Below are positions 33,291-46,535 of a stretch of 64,000 nucleotides of DNA, in pieces; position 1 is the first letter of the stretch; every line of letters starts with the position of its first letter. Under the pieces are notes generated by a model. It was given only the letters and a program-made list of their open reading frames with translations, had not been told where the DNA came from and did no database searches. Position numbers and translations under genes: made by a program. Source of the stretch: Asterias rubens (taxonomy: Eukaryota); NCBI RefSeq assembly GCF_902459465.1, contig NC_047070.1:15376001-15440000 (forward strand). The letters are read 5' to 3'.

Positions 33291-36200
33291 TCAAAACAGA
33301 TGTAAGAACTTGTTGAAATCAATCAGATTATTATCCAATGTGTCGCGTGCCGCCCTTTCTCTGAAAACTAACTCTAAAAGGTCTGGCTATTGCTTATACG
33401 CACTGGCCGCGAATGGATTCCTCCGCAGTGACCACGGTGCTCATCAAATATAATAGCACTGGACACCAGTAACTGGTCAAAATAATTATCAGCATTACAA
33501 ATTGACTTGGTATGGATCAATGGACAGTTGTTGCAACATAGTTTTGACAAAAAAAGGAATTTCTCACTAAAATCTGATCATAAATGACATCAGGCATTAA
33601 GCATTAGACTATGTAATTCTCACATTCAGTTGTTTCAAACAAAACAATAAAACAAATTACGGTGACGATTCTAGTTTCAAGAAGATCGTCTCCTCCCTCT
33701 CTTAAATACAAGCAAGGTAACAAATATCGGAAGTCAATTAGCCTATAAGTACATAATAAACTTCTTCCATTCAACTTCAACTTGAAGCTCAAGATCTATC
33801 GATCAAGGGTTAAGTGTTACCATGGTAATTATTCAAACTCTGAGCCAGATAGATTGTTTACGAAAGACTAATAAGCCGCAACTCGAACGATATTATTCCT
33901 ACAGACGATGTGGCCTATATGACATCACAGTTTACAAAAGAGCCACAGAGCCTGGACTTCCTGCAGGCACGATTTGTACACAGCCTAATGGAAGAAATCA
34001 GAAAATCTTATATCTAATGGAGATTGCACTGTCTAATTGTTATCAACTTTTGATATGATGAAAGAGGGCACATCTCAAAACTTGACGCGACGGGCGACGG
34101 AATAGGCGACGCGACGGCATGACGCGACGCACATCTGTCGTCTTTAGAACACCATACTCAAAGAATATACAAGGTCACACTTATTGTAAACAAAGTTCAC
34201 ATGGTCTATACTAAAGGAACATAAAAAAAACAACTAGAAGGAATTGGAAATCTCAACACTATGAATATTATTATAATTATAACGAAGTCTTATATAGCGC
34301 ACGTATCTACCAAACAAGGTACTCAAGGCGCTGAGTATATACAAACTTTCAGAAAGATAGGTTATTACTGCATTGATGAATTCTGAGACCCAATTATGTA
34401 GCACCTCATAATGGTTTACAAGGTGCTACGGCGCATACAGCAGCCACAGCCAGGAACACCGGGGGGCGAACCCCTTTTCTTTTCGATAAGTGCACTGGGT
34501 TCTTTTACATGCGCTACCAAAATAGCTAACTCCCGTAGTGACTAGATTCAGTAACTGACGCTATTTTGTCTCATTTTCAGGGTCACCCACTTGTCCTCTG
34601 CCGTCACTCTGCCAGATAGAACCCCAGGGGTTTTACGGACAAAGTGACGGTCATGACCAAACTGACCGAGCCGTAGCTACGAGGCGCCAGGCCCGCAAGG
34701 CGCCACAAGTCACCTGCTGTACTGACTGCCACTCACCTGTTCTTATTGGGTAGAAACTAGGAGCCATCATAAGCTCTTAACGAAGACAGGTTAGAACAAC
34801 CAGAGTAGGATGGTAACATTATACCGAAAACTTGATACCCACTTAATTCCAATTAGGGATGAACACTCATTGGACTCAAGCAAAATGTTTTTTGGGGGGT
34901 AATTACTCAAAATAATTATTAGCATAAATCCATACTTGGTAACGAGTAATCGGGAGCTGTTGATAGTATAAAACATTATAAGAAACGGCTCCCTCTGAAG
35001 TAACGTAGTTTTCGAGAAAGAAATAATTTTCCACAAATTTGATTTCGAGACCTCAGAATTAGATTATGAGGTCTCGAAATCAAGCATCTGAAAGCACACA
35101 ATTGTTATACGTTTTGCCCAGTATCAACGTTTGGCGGTAACAATAACAACAACAAATATTCTGCACATCACATTGTCATACAAAATGAAATAGCAAGGAA
35201 GATACAATTGACCCAAATCGTTATCAATGTGCGAACATTTGATAACGCGGCGAGAAAACAGTATTTTCTCAGGAAATAGTGAATGTAAGAAATAAAGAAA
35301 AGTTTATAAGAACATTCTTTTTAATGTGTAAAAGTACGCATTAATATAAAGTTGACTTTCTTCCGTGATGGGACACACTGCTGACTGACCAACGGACGCG
35401 GAAACGTGTTTCCTAAAACCGTCTTAACTGAACAACAACTCATCTGTCAATGTCCCAATAGATGACATAGAGCCTTCATTATCTCACAATGTCTTTCCGG
35501 ACTTAAACGGACTCTTCACAGACAGTTACGAGAGAGAGGGGTAGGCACTAGGGGGTAACTCACCACCCCAAGGCCTGCATGAACCCCCCCCCTCCCTTAG
35601 GGAATGGCTGCCATTTTGTCCAGTCAGTGTTACGTGGACTGTGGCTTCTAACTCCCCTCTATACATAGACTTGGTTCAAGTCCCGATTCGTGTGCGAAAG
35701 ACCCCTAACCATATCATCCGGCGTAAAAATGTAGCTTTATCATGCTACCTCCATCTTGGGCATGTTCCTCACATCAAATAACAGTAATGGATAATAATAA
35801 TCATTTTGCAAATAGGCACCAGACTATTTTGTGTTTCAAGCCTCGATTTGGTAACATTGATATCAATGGGATAAATTGATGACGACTGCACCATGATAAA
35901 AGGTCTATCGCGGCACAGGTTGGGGGAGTTTTCTGACGAGTAGGCGATGGGACTGAACAAAAAGACGGGATTTAGGGACTTGAGTCAAGTCTAGCCCCTC
36001 TACACGGCTGTGATGGCCACGTGTGTCATCGCCCGCAGCTAGCGGAAATCCTTCATTGGCAAAAAGAAAACTGAACGTTTGCTCAGTCCGGAAACATTCA
36101 TAATGTCCCTAATTGAAATATAGAGTTATTAAACGCTTCACTTAAGTGATGGGAGCTGGGCTAGTGAGCGCGCCAAAGTGACGCCGGCGAGTGTTTGGTG

Positions 36201-36564
36201 TAGTTTGTGGGCGGTGCGATCGAGATGCCTCGGTCCCCCCAAACAAGTTTTGAATTCAATAAGAGTTAACTTTGAAGATCTTCATTAAATTGAGAGAATC
36301 CCAAATTTGTTATTTTTATTTCAAAATCTGAATGCTATGTTAGGGTGAGGCTCGTGTCTCAAAAAGTGTGGTGCCACAGGAAATTTAAGCACAACACAAA
36401 TTTCAGAATCTCAGCAACTTAACCCATTTAAATGGGTGGACTATTTGCCGAGAAGGTGAGAGTGATAAGGGTTTGAAGGAATAGGCTAAGTTCGTATTCC
36501 TCAATAGTTACACATCAGCGCATGCACATTCTTCGTCTAAGTATTAGGTTGCAATGACTTCAAG

Positions 36565-37100
36565 AACAAAGATGAATAACATCAGATCATAAAGATGACG
36601 ATCACCATAATACTTATCGTTCAAAACGGTTTCATTTGACAATACGAAGAGGATTCATAATCTTACGTTCAATCTGCATCTAAAGGTTGCTACTACAAGA
36701 ACAGCAGTCGCTTTCACAAAGAGTTAGGACTAGTCCTAACTTAGGACTAGTCCTAGGAGATATACAAATTGCATGGATAGTACTAAGTTAGGACGAGTAA
36801 CTGGTCCTAACTCGAGATAAGACTAGTCCTAACTCTTTGTGAAATCCACCCCTGATATGAATATGAAACATCAGATCATAAAGAATCATAAAGATGGTGA
36901 TCATCATAAAATGTATCATTCAAAACGGTTTTGATTTTGAATATAAGAAGAGACCCATATTCTCACGTTCAATCTTCATCCAGTAATTGCTATGACTACA
37001 AAAATGCTGAATACATTTCAGATATTACAAATGATGTTCATCATAACATTTATCATTCAAAATGGTTTTGACTTTGACTATAAGACGAGTATACATATCC
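36565..37100. repeat. Three degenerate tandem copies (ACATCAGATCATAAAGA...TTCAAAACGGTTT), with a fold-back MITE (36712-36853) between copies 1 and 2
   Basis: ATCRTTCAAAAYGGTTT recurs at ~36616, ~36914 and ~37051. Confidence 0.65.
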
Positions 37101-37599
37101 CATCTTGAATTGCGCAAGAACAAGACATCAAGATTGAACTTTCCGAGGGACTGTAAACAGCATTAGCTCGCACGCAAATCTAGCCCCCAACTCCATCCGT
37201 GTTTACAGTTTGTGCCGACACTTGGCAATAAAGATGTAAAGATGTGAACGAGGCGATCAATCATTATTAGGAAGTCAACTATCGTTTTGCAATAATTGAT
37301 TAATTGCTAAGTAGTCCTGTCATAATAACAAACACATGATCCCATTTAGGGTAGGCCTATATGTTTATGCATAGTCTGGTCCTTGCTCTGTGGTTTAAAA
37401 GATGCATAGTCTAAGTCTAGGTCAACGATATCTTTAAATAAATGGTCATTGTCAACCATTAAGAATATTCTGTAATAGTTGATTGCACTCAAACACAATC
37501 TACTTTATAACTTGTTGGCTTAAATCCTGCAAAGTAGTTTCGTAGTCTTGACTTATTCGTTACTTTGAATTGTGACACTGTTAGTTAGGACGTATATAT

Positions 37600-38318
37600 T
37601 ACTCCAGTTCCCATTTCAAGTAAGTTTGCGATCATCAGAAGAATTTGATGCATGTAGGATGTATTTGTAAACCATAGTTCCTTTTTCAAGTAAGTAAGTA
37701 ACCGATCAGAAGGAATGGACATTATGTTGAATCTGTAAACCCCAGTTCCCTTTTCAAGTAAGTAAGCGATCATAAAGAATAGATGCATGTTTAAGGATGT
37801 ATCAGTGAATCCCAGTTCCTTTTTCAAATAAGTAAGCGGTCCGAAAAAATGGATGCATGTTACGATCATAGAGTTGGTTACGATGAATCTGTAAACCCCA
37901 GTTCCCTTTTCAAGTAAGTAAGCGATCAGAAGGAATGAACATAAATCCATATAGGCCAGTTCCCTTTCAAAGTAAGTATTGACGATCAGAATGAATCGAT
38001 TCATGTTAGGATGAATCTGTAACTCACAGTTCCTTATTCAAGTAAGTAAGCGATCAGAAGGAATGAACATAAATCCGTATGCCAGTTCCCTTTTCAAGTA
38101 AGTATTGACGATCAGAATGAATCGATTCATGTAAGGATGAATCTGTAACTCACAGTTCCTTATTCAAGTAAGTAAGCGATCAGAAGGAATGAACATAAAT
38201 CCGTATGCCAGTTCCCTTTTCAAGTAAGTATTGACGATCAGAATGAATCGATTCATGTAAGGATGAATCTGTAACTCACAGTTCCTTATTCAAGTAAGTA
38301 AGCGATCAGAAGGAATGG
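37600..38318. repeat. Tandem array of CAGTTCCYTTTCAAGTAAGT subunits forming a 126-bp dimeric higher-order repeat at the right end
   Basis: GACGATCAGAATGAATCGAT starts at 37981, 38107 and 38233; older diverged monomers lie to the left. Confidence 0.9.
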
Positions 38319-38720
38319 AAGTACATGTAGGGTGGGGTCATTTAGCAGATCCATCAACCCAATAAAAACCTCCAGGTAGATCAAAACAGATCAGAAGCAT
38401 CAACCTGTCTCTTGTTATGATGGAAACTCCCCTTTGGAACATCCAGAAAACCAGTGAGCCCATCAAGCAACCTTGAAGCAGGGGGGGGGGGGAGGTTTAA
38501 GCCCCGTCTCCGTAGCCAAAATCATTGCTCACTTAAATGAGCTTTTTAATCAACATGGACAGGACTAGATAGGGGCTAAGCAACAATAACTTCCCGAAGA
38601 CTGCATAACAGGAAAGCGTCTCATTAAACGCACGGGGACCAGTGAAGTATGAGTTGTTCCGGCCCACTTGTGGTGCGTGCATACGTGCCATACTTAAACA
38701 CACGCGCCATTTACTATTAA

Positions 38721-39100
38721 AGGCCCTTGACACTATTGGTTATATTAAAAATGATTGTTAGCGTAAAAACTTATACTTGGTAACGAGTAGTGGAGAGCTG
38801 TTGATGGTAAAAAACAGTGTGAGAAACGGCTCTCTCTGAAGTAACGTAGTTTTTAAGAAAGAGGTAATTTCACAATCAATTATTTAAAGACTGCGGCTGA
38901 TAAAGCCCTTTTTCGGCATCTGAAAGGAAGTATTAATATGCAACAAGGGTGTTTTTTCTTTCATTATTCTATTGCAACTTCGATGACAGAATTGAGTAAA
39001 AAATTTCACAGGTTTGTCATTTTATGCATATGTTGGAATACACCAAGTGAGAATACAGGTCTTTGGCAATTACAGGTCTTTGGCAACGTGTCCAGTGCCT
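38721..39100. mobile_element. Kolobok-type MITE family 1 (diverged subfamily)
   Basis: TTAA at 38717-38720 and 39101-39104. Confidence 0.8.
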
Positions 39101-39347
39101 TTAAGTCTTCGCTATCATCTCTAGTGCTTAGTGAATGACTCCCCAACACAGCTGGAAATACAGCTATTTGGCTGGTGGCAAAATGGCAAACCAAAATGTC
39201 TCGTCTGTTATTGAGTACTTCCTTGTAGGCTTGATGGCGGAACGACCCATAACCAATCAATTGGTAATTAAAACGTGGAGGAAATTGCAGTAAAAATAAC
39301 ACACAGGTGGATTCTTGTTACCTTTTGCATCTGTACTGTGTTTTTAA

Positions 39348-39726
39348 AGGCACTGGACACTATTGGTAATTACTCAAAATAATTGTTAGCATAAAAACTT
39401 ACTTGGTAACAGGCAATGGAAAGCTGATGCTAGTATAACACCGTGTGAGAGACGACTCCCTCTGAAGTAATTTAGTTTTCGAGAAAGGAGTAATTTCTCA
39501 CTGAAATATTTGAATCGAATTCGACACCTCAACTGAGGTTTTGGATTCAATGCATCTGAAAGCACACAACTTGTGCGACAAGTGTGTTTTTTCTTCCGTT
39601 ATTCCATCGCAATTTCGACGACCAATTGAGTCAAAATTGTCACAGGTTTGTTATTTTATGTATAATGTTGAGATACACCAAGAGAGAAGACCGGTCTTTG
39701 ACAATTACAAAAGGTGTCCAGTGCCT
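39348..39726. mobile_element. Kolobok-type MITE family 1
   Basis: TTAA at 39344-39347 and 39727-39730; TIRs intact. Confidence 0.85.
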
Positions 39727-39989
39727 TTAAACGTATGTTAACAATGTTGATAGGTGGTTGCAATAAACTCTTACCATACGTTACATTGATTGAAAGACGA
39801 AAAGTACAGGTTTGTCATTCTGAGGAAGGAACGACTATGTGACTACTTGACAACTTCCTTGGACTATAATCCCAAGTCTACACAATGACAAAAGTGTTGA
39901 GAAGTGAGGAATCTAACCCTAATCCCCATCTTTTGGGATCCTCCCTGTGGTCTACTGTTAACTTGGCAACATGTCTATGACAACTTATG

Positions 39990-40235
39990 AAGTTTGATTC
40001 TGTTATTCTAATAGTCTATGTTTTGTATTAGCAAGACACTTATAATGTTTAAAGATATTTTGATGGCAAGGTGTTGAACATTTTAATTTGATTCTGTTGT
40101 TGTAAAAGTCTATGTTTTGATAAAGCAATAGTGTCCAGTGCCTTTAAATGTTTAAAGTGGTTTTGAAGGCAAGATGTTGAAATTGAAAATAGATTCAGTT
40201 ATTCTTGAAGTCTATGTTTTGTTTTAGCAAGACAC
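39990..40235. repeat. Degenerate ~95-bp tandem repeat (GATTCTGTT...AGTCTATGTTTTG), with an orphan Kolobok terminus at ~40127-40147
   Basis: AGTCTATGTTTTG occurs three times; ATAGTGTCCAGTGCCTTTAA is embedded. Confidence 0.65.
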
Positions 40236-40824
40236 ACTCATGATGCAGTATAGCTTGGTAACGTGACTCAAGCTTTCCTAGACAGCTCGGCTATACTTCT
40301 GTTACGAACTCAGCAATCCTCCTAAGATCCTAAAACTAGGAGGCTGGTGGCAACCACCTGCCCGCATCGTTACGGCCTTCCCCAACACGCAAGGGATCAA
40401 GGGTGATTGGGACGCCAGACCCCGGCCTCGCGAGAGGCCAACAACGATGGTGTCACTTCCGGGTTTCTAATAAAGTGCTTGAAGCTTCAAAATCACTAAC
40501 ATATGCAAAGGAGAGTAAAAAGAAGTAAATTTACACCATGGTTTAATTCTCGACAAAGTGTTTCACACCCCTGCTATCCTGTTGTCTTAACTCAACAGGA
40601 AAACCATTAGGAGACGCCATATTGGTGATGGAAACCAGACTATATCATGGACCAAAGTCACAGACTCCATAGAGATGCATTCAACTCTAATGCTTACCAG
40701 ACAGAAAGGTTACCAGGCAGAATACCATGTCATTGTGTGCTGCTTGTGACAGGCTCCCTGCTTTCTTAAGCAGGAATTTCGTTGCAGCAAGGTTTTCTGC
40801 CCAAAGTAGACCTAACTATTTTCA

Positions 40825-41198
40825 AAGACACTGGACACTATTGGTAATTGTCAAAGACCAGTCTTCTCACTCGGTGTATCTCAACGTGTGCATAAAATAC
40901 GAACTTGTGAACATTAATTTTTGAGCTCAATCGGTCATCGAAATTGCGACATAATACCAAAAGAAAAAACACCCTTGTCACACGAAGTTGTGTGCTTTCA
41001 GATGCTTGATTTCGAGACCTCAAATTCTAAATCAAAGGTCTCGAAATCAAATTCGTGGAAAATTACTTCTTTCTCGAAAACTACGTCACTTCAGAGCCGT
41101 TTCTCATAATGTTTTATACTATCAACCTCTCCCCCTTACTCGTTACAGGTTTTATGCTAATAATTATTTTAAGTAATTACCAATAGTGTCCACTGCCT
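40825..41198. mobile_element. Kolobok-type MITE family 1
   Basis: Both TIRs present; family-1 body. Confidence 0.88.
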
Positions 41199-41310
41199 TT
41201 AATAATGTATGCATGTTGTTTCCATCAACCATGTATCGTTGGTAAAGACATCTAAAACTCAGTTGTTTTATTGCTGTAAATGGAACCATAACTTTGATCA
41301 ACAGACTTAA

Positions 41311-41673
41311 AGGCAGTGGACACTACTGGTAATTAGTCAAATAGCGTAAAACCTCACTTGGTAACTAGGGAGAGGTTGATGGAATAAAACGTTGTGAGAA
41401 ACGGCTCCCTCTGAAGTGACACAGTTTTCGAGAAAGAAGTAATTTTCCACGAATTTGATTTTGAGACCTCAGATTTAGAATTTGATGTCTCGAAATCAAC
41501 CATCTTAACCCACACAACTTCGTGTGGCAAGGGTGTTTTTTCTTTCATTATTATCTCACAACTCCGACGACCAATTGAGCTCAAATTTCACAGGTTTGTT
41601 ATTTTATCCATATGCTGAGATACACCAAGTGAGCAGACTGGTCTTTGATAATTACCAATAGTGAACAGTGTCT
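41311..41673. mobile_element. Kolobok-type MITE family 1, opposite orientation to 40825-41198
   Basis: TTAA-AGGCAGTGGACAC start; family-1 body. Confidence 0.88.
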
Positions 41674-42169
41674 TTAGACAGCAACGGTGTCTTTCAACAG
41701 CAACGTTTTATCTATTTATAAAAAGTACCCGAGGAAAAGTCTGATCAATTATTAGTTCAAATGTCAGAATACTTGCTCTGCATATCTTTGAGTTAGTGAT
41801 TGTGCAAACTTGACGTCGTGAGCGTCATATTACTCCCGTTACCAATAGTGTACCGTTCGTCCAGACACAAAAATGCCCCCAAGTAACTTGCGAACACCCA
41901 GATCTTGATAAAATTCCAAAAAGATTGTTTAATAATTGATTGAATCAGGATGTTATAATAATCCCGTATGATTCAACACATTGACGGATTCTTTCTTTTT
42001 TCTTCTCATTAAATTGTATGACTAAATCTTTGTATCCTGACTGGAACTTCGTGTCTCTTGTCTTTCCTTCCTTAATAAGATTAATGGCCCCGTCCTTTGT
42101 CTTGAGCAGTTTAATTATCGGCTGAAATCTTACTTATTTCGTCATCGTGAATATACGATGCCGTAGCCC

Positions 42170-42563
42170 ATGGCGCTGGACACTATTGGTTATTACTCCA
42201 AATAATTGTTAGCATAAAAGTTAACTTGGTACTGAGCCATGGAGAGCTCAGTTGATATATAAACATTGCGAGCGCAGTTTGGTGCTTTTGGAGTCTTGCT
42301 GTGAAACACAATGTGTTTTTGGAACACTGTTGGTGCTTTTAAACATTGTGAGAAACAGCTTCCTCTGAAGTCATGTAGTTTTTGAGAAAGAGGTAATATC
42401 TTATTAAAACATTAAAAAACTTCAGGCCTGATCTGAAAGCACACAAGTTTGTGAAACAATGGTGTTTTTTTTAAGTCAAAATTTTCACAGATTTGTTATT
42501 TTATATGCATTTGTTGAGATACACCAAGTGAGGATACTGGTCTATAAATGTGTCCAGGTGCCT
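42170..42563. mobile_element. Kolobok-type MITE family 1 (diverged)
   Basis: CTGGACACTATTGG start and GTGTCCAGGTGCCT-TTAA end. Confidence 0.78.
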
Positions 42564-42629
42564 TTAAAATGGTAGGCATAAAACAAGATGCATCTTAGGT
42601 AAGATTAAATGCATATGATATGTGTGATT

Positions 42630-42790
42630 GATTCAACCAGTAGCCTACTCAACGATCTTCCATCAAACATTAGTGTTCGAGAAAGACTCTGCTAGGGTCG
42701 AAACGTCAAGCCGTCAACTATCTTTTATACCGTAGGTCCTTTTGGTTGGTAAAAGCTGTTTGCAACAGCTAATTCTATTCTCTCATCAAA
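42630..42790 (+). mobile_element. Penelope-like terminal-repeat remnant with a variant hammerhead motif
   Basis: TCGAGAA-A-GACTCT-GCT-AGGGTC-GAAAC-GTC at 42677-42707; homologous to 24690-24790. Confidence 0.5.
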
Positions 42791-43955
42791 AGAGCAGACA
42801 GTTGTTATAATTGGCACCAAGATCAAAACAAGAACAGAGCCTCTATTTATGGTTTAAATGTACCGTTTTCAACTATCGTCGCCTACAAACAACATACTTC
42901 AGAACATCAAACAACTGTCTGAACCATGCATTCAAAACGGCTGACTGGCGTTATCTCAAAAGTTACAAAATTATCTTATCTATATTTTTCCATAAATCCC
43001 AGCCCCCAATATTGATTATTATTGTTATGTGTATGGAGGTGTATTTACACTTCCATAAACCTGCACTTCCCTCCTTCAATAAACTATCAATTGGTGGCGA
43101 TAAGAGTGATCATTTATTTCACCGGTCCATTCGAACATGGAGTGCTTAGGACGCCAGTGAAAGAGTGCTAAGAATAGCACCGTCTGGCAGTGCAGTGGCA
43201 GGGCTGGCTGTTGCAAGAGGGCCTGTTGTACGGCTGACTCTCTGTTTTGCTGCACGGTCGAATCTTTCACTACGTTCACCCCGTGGTAACTTGACAAGAA
43301 TTTCGAGTTTAAAAATTTCCAAAATCAACTTAGTTATTTGAGATTGATTATTGAATAGCTGTTCACACAAAATGCTTAGGCATAACTACTCTTAATGCAA
43401 GAGAGGGCTTAATAAAATCCTAAATAATTCCATTCAATTTACTTTAATTGAAACACTTGGCGCCGGTTGATACTAAATGAGATTTTGCCACCTTCTAAAA
43501 GCATTCATCAGCCATAATTTGACAGTTCAACATTTATTCCAACATAAGGTTGTAGACAAGTCACATCATTGAGTTTACAGCGCTGTGAACAGGTGACTCG
43601 AGAAACAAGGTCTCCCCACGATCTAGGTCCTTTCTGGCTAATTTCAGGAATTATTTGGGAGTATCTGTCTCTCTTACAGCGCCTGGAAGTCTTTCAATGT
43701 GTTTAGGGTTTGATATAAATCCGTAATAACTTCATCTCACATTAATCTATCGTGCCAGGTGGAGAGAACATTTGTTTCAATTATTCAATTTAATTACAAG
43801 AGTGTGAAACTCAAACTCATTCAGATTTCAGCCAAAGCAAAAAGGAAAACAAGTCAAAGGGCGCAGTCTTCAATAGGTTGATGTTTTAAAACAGATGAAA
43901 GCGTTTTCAATTAAAACACAATAACAAATCCAACCACTTTACAACCTTTAACCGT

Positions 43956-44428
43956 GGGGCCAATTTCGTAAAGCTAAGCAGAAAATACCGCTCAGAAGTT
44001 TTCTCTGCTAAGCTAAAATTGAGTAGGGCACCAGTCAAAACGATGTAAACCTAATGTAATTTGGGCTGGTAACCTATTTCTGTTATAAGCAATACTTTTC
44101 TGTAATTAGCAAGTTTTATAAAAGTTACAGGCTTTATGAAATTGAGCTCTGGTGTAAACGGGATTACTTCATAAAAACTGCCGATTTATTGTCTGAAAAA
44201 TAATAAAATATTGACACAGAATTGATGATCCCGGCACGGACAGGGCCCCATTTTAAAGGGATGAAGCACAAACTTAACTAAAGCACAACACAACAATGCT
44301 TACTAGAGTAAGATTGCAGCCAAAACACCATGTCGTACCATTTCTGACTGGTATCCTGTCTATTTCTGCTAAGCACGAATGTTTTAAGCAGAATTGTCTG
44401 CTTAAGCAGCTCTATGAAATTGGGCCCC
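43956..44428. mobile_element. Two GGGCCCAATTTCATA-type MITEs (43956-44148 and 44243-44428); relatives at ~445-620, 60020-60195 and 61355-61560
   Basis: GGGGCCAATTTCGTAAAGC / GCTTTATGAAATTGAGCTC and GGGCCCCATTT / TATGAAATTGGGCCC inverted termini. Confidence 0.72.
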
Positions 44429-46535
44429 TGCAGAAGTCAACCTTTGGTCTTGGTTGAAATGTCATAACAGGAATAGTACATTAAGCTTAGTACAGTACTA
44501 ATTAATTTCATTCTCTAACTTGTTCTCATATTCCTAACCAACGTAAATGTCATATTCTCATTTCTTGCTTTTATTTGTAACATAGAATAAGATGACAGTG
44601 TTTCCGACGGAAATGCATAGGAACTATCTAGATCTAACGTTCAATTTACGTTTCTGGCACTACGATCATATCTCCTGACACTTCTTTGGGCACAAGACGC
44701 TATGTAAGTGAGCCTATAGGTATACTGACTAAAGACATCAGAAACCATTTCACTAATCAAGACTTGAATCACATCTTGAAGTAGGAAGGAACTCATCATT
44801 TAAGATATGTTTGTGGTGACACTCAGCCCAAGACACATCAATCTCTCTTGAGTTGAAAAGGGAACTTGTTGCGTAGCACTTTACACGCTATAAGTCTGTT
44901 TGGCTCCAAGTGATGCTTCGAACATGACTGTATACGTAATGTCTCATTACCGTGATGAATGATATGCGTGATGAACGTTAACAATAACATGAATACTAGC
45001 AGAGCATACTGTTGGAAACGTCAAGACCACACCAGCTCTTTTCAGAGCCAACACTCACTCATAAGAGATTTACACTGTATACAAAGTATCTGTCAGGTAA
45101 AGTGCCGTAAGTTTTACGGTGGAAGTTTTCTAAACTACCCTTTCGAAGCACAATTTACAAAACTTCCACCGTGAAATTAAAGGTACGGAAACACTCAAAC
45201 TGATCTGAACCTGACGACATAACGTATAGATGTCGAACATGACGAATTATTTACAGTCCTCTACTAAACTTAAACGTAATCTTCACTAGTAAACGTTATC
45301 GTAACAACCGTTTTTGAGAAACATGATGGGCGTTGGTAAATCATGGTAAACCAACAACGTTGGTAATAAACCAACAACGTAAACGTATAACGAATAGGCT
45401 AAGGCCTACGTTTTTGAGGAAGTACATGGGCGTCAGTAAACTATTGTAAACTACTGATAAACGTAAACTTCACAACCGTGTTTGGGGACATGAAACCAGA
45501 AACCATCGATAAAAACCGCGTTTGAGAAAGTATTTTAGAAACAAGATTTGTTTGGTAAACGGTCGTCTTCACCCGTATTTCAGGAAGATGAGCGTGTGAT
45601 TTGTTTGGTAAACGTCAACAGAATCTCCTACTTCAAGTTTTAACAAAAGAGTTATTGATAGAACCTTTTCTTCTTCCACCTCAACATTACCAGGTCAGCA
45701 CAATGTGTCAAAAGGGCCTTCATTTCTAAATAGAGTTGGCGCCAAAATCCTACCAGGCCTATTAAACAATTTGACAACTTTGACATGAGATCATCCCGTA
45801 CAGTTCATATGCCAGCCACGCTCATACAATGACGTCAAACATTTTCTATAGCCCCCCTTCAAATCTAGATCAATCCGCACTTTGAACACCTTGTTTCAAA
45901 CCGCAACCCGTTCTATCTGATACCACACTATTTATTTCCACCCATTGTATACACTCTGCCTACCGATTGATTATCAATTTTATTGTTGTTAGAAAGAAAC
46001 ACAAGTTCTAGTTTCTCGAGTGGTATTTGGCGACAATGCACACTTGTGAGCTGACGGTGTGTATTGAATTATCAGGCAGACACGAAACCTCTATCTGTGA
46101 TCAGAGCAAAGACCAGATGATAAGGTCTGGGACCTATTCTAATACCACGGCTTCTCTCAGGCTGTGTTTAGTTGCCCCTAAAACTCAAACTTTAAAATTG
46201 AATTTGCTATAGTTCATGGAACAATGCAATTACTACGACAGCATTTGTCTCTATAGTTGAATCTGTATTTAATTTTAGCCTTTTCTTTTGCTGCATTATG
46301 TTTTCTAATAATTCGCAAGATTCAACATGGTATTTTGGCTGGTAACCTTATTCTGGTAAGCATAATTTCGTTGTGCTTAGCTACTTCTTGGGCTCAAGCA
46401 GCCCTATGCAACTGGGCCCTAGTGGAATCTATTGCCTGCTTGGGAGGAATGTGAAGACATATATTGCCCTTGACGTACAACCAGCAAGAGCTTGAAACCC
46501 CCAATACAAGGAAATATTTATACACACTGGATTAA

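Noticed and set aside
37585-38004. 139-aa ORF with repeated LLEKGTGVY
   Set aside because: This is translation of the tandem array; adjacent units contain stops and frameshifts.
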